A DNA stretch of 64,000 nucleotides from Trichoplax adhaerens (Eukaryota > Animalia > Placozoa), in contig NW_002060949.1 of the NCBI RefSeq assembly GCF_000150275.1, forward strand, positions 3,850,449-3,914,448, given 5' to 3'. A model generated the notes under the pieces. That model was not told the DNA's origin. It saw only the letters and a program-made list of their open reading frames with translations, and did not search any database. Below, in pieces: positions 40,401 through 52,647 of the stretch (position 1 is its first letter; each line of letters begins with the position of its first letter). The position numbers and the translations under genes are program-made.

Positions 40401-43400
40401 GAGAATGTAGCTGTTAGCTAAATACAAGATTAATCCTACCGTATCTACTTTCTCAGCCATCGCTTAAATGAATAGTAAATAATATTTATGATCGTAGATA
40501 GTGTTACTTTGGCAATTGGTTATAGTAGAATTTTTGATCTAATTTGGATAAAATTTTTCAGTGAAGGTTATGCGGTAGTACCAGTGCTATTATACCTGAG
40601 ATCAGATCAATTCAGTTCTCGATCTTCGCTTCAATTGAAAGCAAATTATTATTAGATCAAATTTAATAATTGATCGAAAATAAGTTACCATGTTATCTCT
40701 GTCGTATTAAATAAATTATATCACTTCGATTTTAGTGAAATTCAAGTCTTATAGTCACTATTTCGAATATCGGCAGTTGTCACGAACTGAAGTTTATCTT
40801 TATTCCAGTTTTTAATTCTTGAAGGAATCGAATATAATCGCATCTTATTTGATTTTTTTGTCCAGGAATTTCAATCCAACTGTTTAATTAGTTCTGTTTT
40901 ATTGATAATATTGAATTTTGCCACCTATCGGTGTCGTAAGAACCCGAAGTTTTACTAGATGAATAACTAGAAAAGTAGTCTGCTGGATTTCCTAAATTCA
41001 TAGCCTTATTGATATCATATCATACCTAACTCTTTCCACTTACACTTATACCCTTATTTTAATACCCATAAGTGAAGCTCTCATAAAATTCATTCTAAAA
41101 TTATAAATTTGTATGCTTCATTTCAAACTGTAATCAATTGTCCTTATGATGAACTACCCTTAAATTATTATAGAATTTCATAAATTTACGGACAATTTCA
41201 CATGTAATTCTTGGTATAAGCTGATCATAGTCTGGTTTCAATCAATGAAATGATCACAAAATCTAAACTCAAAATTTATTGACATTATTTCAAACTGTAA
41301 CTAATGACCCTTAAAATGAACTATCGTTAAATTATGACGGAATTTTAGACGTTCACGGACCATATTTCATATAATCCTACGTAAAAGTCGGTCATGACCT
41401 GGTTTCCATCGATGAAATGATCATAAAATCTAAATTTCAATTTTAGATTTACAACCTTTATTTTTACGCGATACTCAATTCCTAAATATATCAGCCATAT
41501 CATATTTTAATGGCAATACCATCGGTAATCCATATAAAATATTTAAAATGTATATTAAACTCTTTTTGTTCTATCACCCAAAGCCGCGTTTGTATCCTTA
41601 GTGGATGAGTGTAGCAAAATCTGAAGACAATTTTAAACTTATTGGGTATTGTTATATTTCTCCAATTCTTTGTCATCTACTCGTGGTATTTCTATATTTA
41701 TGAATAGCTGATGGTGGAATTTATATTTAAGTATGCACATATGTATCCGATTGAATTGAAATTGTAGCAACACATCCACGTACCTTATTAGCGATACAAT
41801 ATTGATTTATATTTTAAGTTATTTGAGCTTCTGAGTGATTAATTTTTCATCATCAAATCACTATGGTCAAGATTAAAAATTATGAATGACTGATGGGCGG
41901 AATCTATGCTCAAATATTCGCATATGTATCCAATTTAATTGAGATTGTAGCATAACATCTATATGTTTTATTTGCGATACGATATGGATTTATATTTCAA
42001 ATTATTAGAATTGTCAAGCGATTAATTTCTAATCAACAAATCGCTATGATAAAGATTGAAAAAGAAGCATATATGGATATTCTAAAAATAAGTTGAAATC
42101 TTTCCATTCTTTATTGGGGAACAAAGTAGGGATTTATTCAGTTATTGTACTTGATTTCAATAATATAATTAATCTTTATTCGTCCCATTCCTGCTATAAT
42201 TAGCAAGGTATATGCCAGGATTTTCAATATTGACATCTCTCAGTTTATTTCTATTCTACTTCATATTGATACATTATGGATTCCATGTTTTTTGCTTATT
42301 AGAATTTTTTCGATATCTTCTATAGAGCATAGTATTGATGATGAGAACGAGGATGTATTGATTTACACTACGAGTACATATGAATAATTTAATATCATGT
42401 ATACTTTCTATTTCATCTAAAATACGCCTATAGAAATATCAGTCTGGTCTAAACTGTAAAAGCTAAAGCCAACTTGCTACTTTTTATCCATCTAAAGCTC
42501 GTATGTCAATGAAAGCAAAACTCGAGTAATAAACTCTAACATGCATAACTACCAAATTAAAAGGTCAACACACTGATCTAAAATCATCAAGAAATGACGA
42601 GAAAAAAATAATTATTAATCTTGATCAAACGATGTAGATTACTGTGTTAGTGTAAGTTTTACATAAAGATAGCCAATGTTACTTTTTTACTATAAGAATT
42701 AATACCAACAATTATATTGACTAATGGTTCTACTTGATTAATTTTTCCCCGTATTAATAATGAAAATACATGTATAAATGCATCTATGTCATAGCCATGT
42801 AGCTTGTCGTCAACTAATTTACTTTATACCATTTGTGTTGAAGATGCCTTTTCTATCTTCATTTAAATTGACTTGAGATTGATTGGCGCTTATTTATGAT
42901 AACAAAAGTTTCCATTAAGAAATTGCAATTTCTAGTAACATCAATTATCAGTGGGCTGTAATTGTTACATGCCTTACTGTTTCAATAGTAAAAATGCTTG
43001 AATTTCCGGCTTGTTTATATCATACGGCTATAGGAAGTAAGGCAGTATAAAATTCTCTTTTCTTATACGATTTTAACAGTATGCGAGTGTTAGACTATCT
43101 TTGTAACATGATTAGCAATAAGTACCTTATTGCTGACCATTAATTTAGCCATCTTGTCGTGTTAATAATCGCTAGTAAGAATTGAGTCGTGCTTTAATTA
43201 GGGAATATTAATTGCTGATATTTAACGTTGTTTTGGTAGTAGTAAGCATGCAATTACAATAATAAAGGTGCTACAAATTCTCTATAAGTACTTACAGGTT
43301 ATGTAGTATGAAACATATGAAACTGCGATTGCTCCTAAATTCGCCTTAAGGCAATGTAGTACTATAATGATGGCTATATTTGCTTTTATTAATAAATAGT

Positions 43401-46400
43401 AAACGTTACGTAATATTAAGATTTAGCACGGTATGAATTACTTCGAAAATTTTGACAGTTTCGTTAATAAGAGAATCTCAACTACAATTTGCTGAGGTAC
43501 TGTAGGACCTTCTCCACTGAATTTTAAAGTGTATCAACGCTTCTTTATTAATATTGAAAGAGCCCAAGATTGAATTGATACAGTATTTCCTTTTCCTTCG
43601 AGTCCGCACAAATGTTATTGTTATTAAAATATTTATAATTAAATTGTTGACAAAATTTTGTCATTGATTGCTATTTGCTAAGCCACAATGGATTTGTACT
43701 TAGATATCTTGCGTCCGTTAGTGTGAGCAAATGACATTAAATGAAGTTAACATGACTAACTAATGACTAACTTTAAGTATTACTTCTTTTCAAGTTTACT
43801 GATCCACTTACCAGTACTGCTACTAAGGGTTATTCGTAAACGAGTGTGAGCAGCGTAAAATAGAATTTGAGTTATTATAAATTTATTCGATGATACGTAA
43901 CGGATTGTGACGTTAAGTATTATTTATGAGACCTTTTATCTTACTCATTGATTTAAAGAGAAAATAGAGTTCAATATTCAGCGGAATTAATAAATAAATC
44001 ATTTCATAACACCCTTGAATGTATGATTCTTATAAAAATATTACGCTATTTCCATATAAAATTAAATTTATGAAATTCCTAAGGTGACTAGAGCAACATA
44101 ATTATTTTTTTTAAAATACCTCCTCCCCCAAAATTAAGCAGGTAGTATAAAATGGAATTATATCTTACTGTTGCAAAAGAAATCTGATAAATGAGGTATT
44201 GCAAGAGGAAAAATTTGCCAATTATTAGCAATAAAGCAATAGAAGATGGAGAAAATATGTAAAATTATGTAATTTTATAAAAAGAATCATTTATTATTTA
44301 AAAAGCCATTAAATTTAGAGAATCTGATTGGCTGAAATTGATAGAAAGCTAAGTAGCATAAAATTTTTTGCGATACCAATTTTCTCTTAATAAATAATAT
44401 TTATACAACCAAATTGAGACAGCAGATGCAAATACTTGTAAAAATGAGCCTACAGAGCAGTAAGGCATATTATTTCTATTTAAATTAGTCAACATACAAT
44501 AACTAGATTTTTCATATTCATCAATTTAGGAAAAACTCATAGACACTAAAAATATACCGATATTGCCGTTCATTTTTGTAAGCGATTTAAATAGCTGCAA
44601 GTTTCTGCTGATCAATAATTATTTATATAGATTTATGTATGTATTTAATAATTCATGTACTACCTTCAATGATGCCGATGGCCTTTTTAATGTTAGTTGG
44701 AGATTTGTATTACCAAATATGCGGGCAATTCGCTACTAAATGAAATTATGGTTAAATTTACCATTTATAATGTGAGCGTTCTCTCTCAAAAAAGACATGA
44801 ATTCCAGCATAAGTGCGATTGGCCATTGTTGGGTTGCAACTAAATTTACTTTCTCTTATCTTTGTTAAGGGAAATATTAATCCAATTCAGCTTATTTAAT
44901 AGAGTAATAGACTAATATCCGGTACAACAATTTGTAAACTCCATCACCACTAGTGATAACCTACCAACATCTAAGCGTAAAGTTTAAGCAAGAATCCAAC
45001 TAAACTTGTATTTCAATCCTTAATTAACCGGAAATTTATCTCCTGTTAATGTTATGCTCTTTAGGAAAGAATTTCAATTTAAATACGTTATTTCCTAACA
45101 AAATAAATTTAGAGATAACATACGAAATAGTATACCTATCGAGAGCATAATCATTATATGATCTTTAAGGTACTGTTGGAATAAAGATATTGCTTATATA
45201 CATGTATAAGGTAAATGAACTAAAAGAATACCTTTGATAAGTAAATATTACTAATGCTAACATCAACCATACTGTTCTTCCAAATTATAGGTCTGCTTCT
45301 GTTTAATATAGATTAAGCTACATTTAGATTACCGGCATATGTGAAATTTATGACCTATTCAAATAATCATGTGATAAAATTCATCAATATATATATATAT
45401 ATCTGAGCATAATTTGAGAGCTACATTTTAACATTCAGTTTTATAAATCGACGGTTGCAATGAGATAAAACTGGACGATATATAAGCTGATTATTAGCAT
45501 CTAAGTAAAGTAATAATCATGCAGTTTCTAAGTTAATTACTACAATCTATAGAGCAGCTTACAAATTGAAAAATCTATATCTTAGCTACATAAAATAGTT
45601 TTGGGGGACGGAAAATTATATTATTGTCATTAAACTATTGCTTTAATGGATCCTTACATCAGCGTCTATTTTCATCAATTCTAAAAAATGATAGCAATAT
45701 GAGTATTCAACTTTACCCATTAAAATAAAATTAATTTCAATGAAAATCTTTCGAGCAGATTAAAAATGAGAAAGTCTGCATCTTAGCTGTATAAAACAGT
45801 TTCTTAGGACAGAAAATCATATTTTTTGCGATTGAGCTATTGCTTTAATGGATTTTTATCCAGCATATATTTTTTCATTTATTCTACGACCATGAAATGA
45901 TAGCAACATCAGTACTTAACTTTGCTCATTAAAGTGAGTTTTATTTTAATTTAGATATCTGGTGGAGCAACAGCAGCTAATTTAGTTACAGGAAGTAATT
46001 TTCCTTACTTTTTCTCTTCCAACATCAACGATGTTTCCCTCAACATTGTACGATTAGAATTCATTCAAAGATATCAATGGCAAAGAATTGCTGTTATTAT
46101 GCAAACAACTAGCAGTTTATATCTTTCGGTAAGACCGCCTTATTACTTTTAATAATGCAAGTTTTGCTAAAAGATTGCTAAATTAATAGTAGCCTAAGTG
46201 TTAATGAATTCAAATAACCCAATTCGACCTATTATACTCATCTTCTACAGGGAGGCCAAGATTTCGTTAAAGGACTACATGATAAAAATTTTACAGTCGT
46301 AGCTGAAGAATCATTTGCCACAAATCCAGAGCGTTCTGTTGAATCACTGCAGGTAACTATAATGATACAAATACTTAACTTTAACTTGTTATTCCCATAA

Positions 46401-49400
46401 CTACGCTATTCTACTGTATTGCTAGAAACTTCTATTTTGAAAGATAGTTATGGCGACATTTAATTTAGTAAACGATTAGATAGAGAAGACCTCTTCTCTA
46501 TCTACGATTTATAATCAATCGCTAAAGAAATGCTCTACAGAATGTAGATATCCGATAACTTATTTTTCAAGTCATAAGTCTAGTTTTACGCTTTTAAATT
46601 ATCGCTAGCGAAGAGACTATAAAGCCATATGGCAAAGGCATAATCAGTCGCTGTTTTATAGGATTATATGTGTGTAATGAGCACATCTCATATCAGCTAT
46701 CTAAAAAGTTATTCCGATATTAATTCTATCAAACGTTTCATTTCTTGAGAGCATATAACTAAGTAAACAATTTTATTGAAAACACTTCTGTTTCACTTAA
46801 GAGAATTTACTTCGATAAACTTATATGCGATCCAATTATACTTGTTAGTAAGCAAACATTAAAAAATTTTACCCTACTTATGCATATGATTTTTAGTAAT
46901 GAAATGTAATATTAATGTTAAGATTGTCCTACTTATATAGATTGATACTAATACGAGTTCTACTTTATTAATTTCATTGAACTAGAATAAAGACGCAAGA
47001 ATTGTATTCATATTTTCTGATGTACGCAATGCTGCTAACATCCTATGTAAGGTAGGGCTACACGCGGTTTTCATTTAATATATCATATACACAGGAGTTT
47101 AATACAAAAAAAGTGGATTATCATAGTTAATGCTGAGAAATATAAAACGAAATCAGCTATTAGCAGTATAATAGCCGTTTAATTACAATATACACAATTA
47201 TCACGATGACTGTCAAATAACTTAAGAACTTTTAATACGTTTAACACAATTAATCTAAGCCGATGATAATTTCTTGATTTAACCGGATGTTAACCAGTTA
47301 CTATGATTATTCCTTCTAGGCTTATAAATTGGGAATGTATGGAGAAAATTATGCGTACCTCCTGCTTAATATTTACTTCCCTAGCTGGATTGATATTTCT
47401 GCTAGCCTGACGAATTGTACGAGTGATCAGCTATGGACAGTAGCTAGAAATTATTTCACATTTGCACCTTTCTTTGGATATCGTTCTAATCCTACCATAG
47501 TTTCGGGACGTGTAAGTTAAATACTAACTATCTACCGGTATATTTCCTATCAGTTAGAAATGGTGCATGCAACTTCTGTTTCAATCTACGCCAATTACAA
47601 ATCAGTGAATAATTATATAATCTATCGTTTTTGTTGTTATTCAGCAGCACTTTGCTTCATATAAATCTTGTGTAATATAGTCTTAAATGTCCTAGCATAA
47701 GAGTTATATTTATATTGAAATGCGCATACAGCACCCAACTGATCGCAAACTTAAGATCAATATAATATTGCATCGATTCTACCATAGCTTAGTTTAATAT
47801 TCACAAGCTAAGCAATTATCCAGTGTATATTGCGAATATTTAATGATTGATCTCATTCAATGTAGACATATAAACAACATCTTGAAGATTATAGAAAATT
47901 TACTGCACAATATGATCCTGTCGATGGCTATAACAGGGCTGTCTATGACTCTGTTTATGCACTTGCCCTGGCACTAAATAAGACAGAAGAGCGGCTACGA
48001 TCATATAATATGAGCTTAAGCGACTTTCATTATAATAATACCTTCATATTCAATATTTTATTTAAGGCATTGAAGGAAACACAATTTCTTGGTGCTAGTG
48101 TAAGTTCATGATAATGCCTCTGAATAGGACAATTTTAAAATTCTTAGATATGATCAATTAAGTTTAGTTATGCTTAATTTATGGCATTTCAGTTTATTAC
48201 TATATTTTTACTATTGAATTATCTGCTAAGTTCATGATGACGACTCTGAATAGGATAATTTTAGAATTCTTGGATATGGTTAAATAAATTTATTTAAGCT
48301 TAATTTATGACATTTTAGTTTATTAATATATTTTTACTGACGAATTACCTACTAGCTATATGTTACATGGTAAATCTTTCCATGTGCTAATTTTGACATC
48401 GCCATTGTAATCCATTAGGGGCCATTTCGATTCTATTCACGATCGAGAATTGGGAATGTCGATATTATCCAATATCAAAGTAGGTCAAATATGAAAACAT
48501 TCAGTAGCATACCAACAAGTTTCTCGCAATTTTGTTTTCCATTTCGACCGATTAAACCCTTCTAGTGAAATAATGCTAGAAATTTATTTCGCGATAATTT
48601 TAACGTTACTTCTCGTCTATAAAGTGTATGGATAACAAATTATTGCTCATTATTTCATGGTCTATATACACTTTCTATTAGATATCTCAGGCAGCTTTAA
48701 AGAAGTTACTATTGGTAACTACCTAGGGGCGAATAGTAACATCGTTCTCATGAAAGAGAAAATAATCTGGCCAGGTAAATAGGCAGAGAGAGGAAAAATA
48801 TCTTGTTCTATTTTAATTTTTCAGTATTCTATTTTACTAATATCGCATGTATCGTATGGGAGATTAAAAACACAATTTATTGACTTAGTAAATATATGTA
48901 ATTAAGAATTTCTAATAATACTACCATTACTTTTGATAAATACCCTATTTATCTAAACGTGTCATCTTATTTAATATTCTTAGGAGGAAAAATACCTAGT
49001 GACCATGTAGAAATTAAAACTGAAAAAGTTCCCATTTCCTATCAAACTTTTTTGATTTTCCTAATATTATCCGTTATTGGAATTGCAGTTACTGTAACAT
49101 TTCTATTATTCAATATTGCTTTCCGACTTGAAAGGTATAATTTGAAATATTGCCGTTGTCTACCACTTTCTGGTGTTCAGTATTAGGATATAGAGTAATA
49201 TTCATTAAATAAGACATGGAAAATTTAGATTTCGGTCTTTACAGAGATACATATTGATTCCGAGACGATAGAATTTTTATGTTGATCATGTAATATAGAA
49301 TCTGGTAGTATTAACATTTGGCAATTTATCCGCTGCTTTTAGAGTCATTAAAATGTCAAGCCCTAAGATTAATAACCTGTTCCTGCTTGGCTGCATATTA

Positions 49401-51222
49401 TGCTATGTCTCGGTTGTCATCCATGGCAGCGAAGCCATTAATTATCAATCTTTACCAGCGTTACAAGTAATTTGCACTGCTCGCATATGGACATTGATAA
49501 TTGGTTTTACTCTTGCTTTTGGCTCGTTATTCTCCAAAATGTGGCGAGTGTATAAGATTTTTACGAATAAAACTGCAAAGTCTGTGGTAAGAGTTTCTTC
49601 CTTTCTACAATTGGCGATAACTTGAATAACTATCTTCCATTAGCTGATGTAATCCATAGTTTTATAAATCCTTCATTAATAGTAGAAGTCCACCTTTTCA
49701 TCAGATCAGCCATCATACAATTACTTTATTCAGCATAGGAGACTATTTTACTTTCCTAGTCTTGCCACGTTACTGCTGTAAATAGCTGAAATCACTACAG
49801 CTGAATATTGCCCCGTATAAAATCTTTTATTTATTGATTAAGCTATCTAAGTCATTACTACTGTAAAGGAAAAGATCAGCCTTGACAATAATTATCAATA
49901 GTTATTTCTCCAATTTGTCTGGTGTTATCATCTGCTCGAATATGATACGGTCAATGATAGATTTTCGTTCAATATAGTAATGATATACTAGTAGTAAATG
50001 GCTACAATATCGCATCCACGATCAAAAGCCTTAAAGTTACCCTATTTCAATGCAACGGCTGTAGCAATGTCTATTACTTATACTTTTTATTTTTACTCAT
50101 TTACAGATTATCAGAGATAGGCAATTGTTTTCCATTACGGTTATTCTAGCTCTAATCGACCTAGTTTTGCTAACATTATGGCAAATTATTGATCCGCTAG
50201 TTCCAACTTGGCAGGTCGTTAACCTTACGGTAAGTTTGGAAGCCATAAATTAAGGTCATCGTTCAATGTAAAATCTAGCATGGTAGATAGTAACTTTACT
50301 CACGACATAAAAGTATCTTTTGCATTCTCGTAATAAAATGAGTATCCAAGGTTTACTTTTCATGGACCCAAGGTATTTCAAAACAGATTAGCCAAATTAG
50401 AACAGAATAACATTATGTTCTAATCTTGATTTCGTATGTACAGTACACGTAAAATGATATTCTGTACAAATATCGTTACGATCGGTAGTTATCTAATCGT
50501 CTTCATTAGAATTATTTTCCCGTAAGTAGTTGGTCGAACATTTCTAATTTAAGAACAGACCAATCTAATTATCATAGAAGTATCATTATACTTCAATTTC
50601 GATTTCTGATACAAAAATCCATTCTTGCACTTGTATAACTTGGGGATCTACGATTATTCACTCGTACTCATTTCTTTCTAATAGACTATGCGTACGCAGT
50701 CGAATATTCTAATTCGAGAAAGCTACCTGATTTGTACCTGCAGCAATATCACCATCTGGATTGGAATCACTTTGGCTTACAAATTTGTAGTCTTAATATT
50801 TGGTGCTTTCTTGTCGTGGGAAACACGGAGCGTCAACATTCCAGCTTTAAACGATTCCTATCACGTTGGCTTATCTATTTATAATGTAGTTATAATTTGC
50901 ACGATCGGATTTTTAATCAATATCCTTGTTCCAGTTACACCGCAGACTGCTTTTGTTGTTACTGGTACTTTTATTATATTTTGCACAACATCCATTGTCT
51001 GTTTCATATTTTTTCCTAAGGTAAAACCAGTGCGTACTTAAGCCATATTGTACCAAATATTTGAGATATTTAAATGTTAATTAATGATGTAATGATTGAT
51101 TACTATCTTAGGTTAAATCCAAGCTCAATCCCACCGTTACTTATGGCTTATCGCGAAGGATCTACCCTGAAGCAGCGGGTGAAATACGCAGTAAGATTCC
51201 TGAAACTTTGGGTTCGGAATAA
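37437..51222 (+). CDS. GABA-B receptor-like class C GPCR (Venus flytrap + 7TM), 14 exons, 768 aa
   Basis: Exons 37437-37718, 38118-38255, 45955-46128, 46251-46352, 46986-47051, 47320-47511, 47866-48099, 48419-48479, 48682-48774, 48984-49134, 49343-49586, 50107-50229, 50685-51020 and 51112-51222 join in frame (2307 nt). Signal peptide, AINDINNRTDLLPGY, DARIV, YDSVYALALAL, WPGGKIP, IKMSSPKINN, GSLFSKMWRVYKIF, WQIIDP, WETRSVNIPALNDS, FFPK. No cysteine-rich domain, as in the GABA-B type. Confidence 0.93.
41120..41440. repeat. Diverged two-copy tandem duplication (period about 167 bp) in GPCR intron 2
   Basis: atttcaaactgtaa...tgaacta...ctggttt...atgaaatgatca.aaaatctaaa at about 41120 and 41287. 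Confidence 0.8.
41701..42062. repeat. Diverged two-copy tandem duplication (period about 182 bp) in GPCR intron 2
   Basis: tgaat..ctgatgg...catatgtatcc...attgtagca...gcgatac...gatttatattt...aagatt.aaaa at about 41701 and 41883. Confidence 0.8.
45580..45954. repeat. Diverged two-copy tandem duplication (period about 200 bp) ending at the exon 3 acceptor
   Basis: tcttagct...ctattgctttaatggat...aaatgatagcaa...cattaaa at about 45580 and 45781. Confidence 0.75.
48101..48352. repeat. Two-copy tandem duplication (period about 127 bp) in GPCR intron 7
   Basis: taagttcatgat...ctctgaatagga.aatttta.aattctt.gatatg...gcttaatttatg.cattt.agtttatta repeated. Confidence 0.85.
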
Positions 51223-52647
51223 TTCTAAATGATTGAAAATGCAGTGTTGAAGATAATCAAGTGTTACTAGTCAAATGAACAGCTGTCTCCTCAGCTAAGC
51301 TGTGACCTCGAAAAATTATCATTTTAAAATACTCCGTGCAGTGATTGGGAAAAGCATACATGCAGTAGAAAACTATGTTGGTCAAGCGTTTCCTACATCC
51401 TAATTTTGCTATTGTGAATTCGTTATGATATTAAATACAGGGTATACATGTTGAAGTTTTAATTACATTATTATTTTAAAATCGTTCATAGGGCTAAATT
51501 TTTATAGTTTTCATCTGATTTTAGTCAATCTACAAAGTTAACTCATGTAGCTAAATACTTTTAAAAAGTTCTATGTTGCCATAAATTCAATACAAATTGT
51601 AAAAATATCTATTGAGAATTGCAATTGCTATTTAATTTATCAAGCAACATTGTAGTTATAAATATTTATTCAAACTATGCTTACTATACACTGATGACGC
51701 ACTTGATGTCGATTTTATTTCATTTACTATTCCATAATTAACTTCTTTGATTTAACTGTAAAGCTCTGCTAGATTTAATAAGTTGATAACGTTAAAACCA
51801 ATCAATTGGGTTGGAATTAGTACCTGTTAGCTATTTATGGATGTTTAAAGCTACCTTTCATATCTTTAAAATAAACATCTGTATAGAAGATGAACATAAA
51901 GCTGCATGCGTGCCTTTGTTACGTATGTGTCTTTTTAATGCAAAGTGATATTATTATTCGCGGAAGTAGGAGCCTAAATTAGAAGATCATTTTTGGCAAA
52001 CGTACCCGTGTACTATTACAAATTTGGGTGATTATATTGGCCTAAATAGTGATAGGTAGGTGCTATGGTAGTAACAACATCCACTGAAAACTACCATAGC
52101 GTACATCTTGATATTAGACTTTAGAGATTAAAAATACTACACGTCGGCTAAGACTGAAAATATTATTTCATAAGATCAAATCATTGTGGATCTTCGAATC
52201 AGCATAGTATTTTATTGTAAGAATCAATAGTTGCAGAGAATGCACTAGCACACATCACTGCAGTAGTGCAACAGTTCCAGGTATCAATCAAAAATTGTAA
52301 TTACAGTAGCCAGAGTCTCATCAAAGGAAGAAAGAAATGTCAAATCATTATAAACTGAACAAGAGAAATTTTACTATAAAAATGAACATTATCCAACGTC
52401 TTTTACGTCTGATATTGGTATATATATAATTCAAGCAATGAGGTAGAAACGATACATGTGGCTATCATTATATATATATACTGTATTTCATTATAATTGA
52501 TTGATCGATAAATCGAAATTTCAGGCGTTGTATATATTAATATCGTAGCGGTAGCAGCTTCAGATAAAAACCAGTTCTGTAGAAATACAGGAGACCGACG
52601 TCCGATATTAGAATAATACAGTAAAAGAAGTAGGTAACCATTATATC

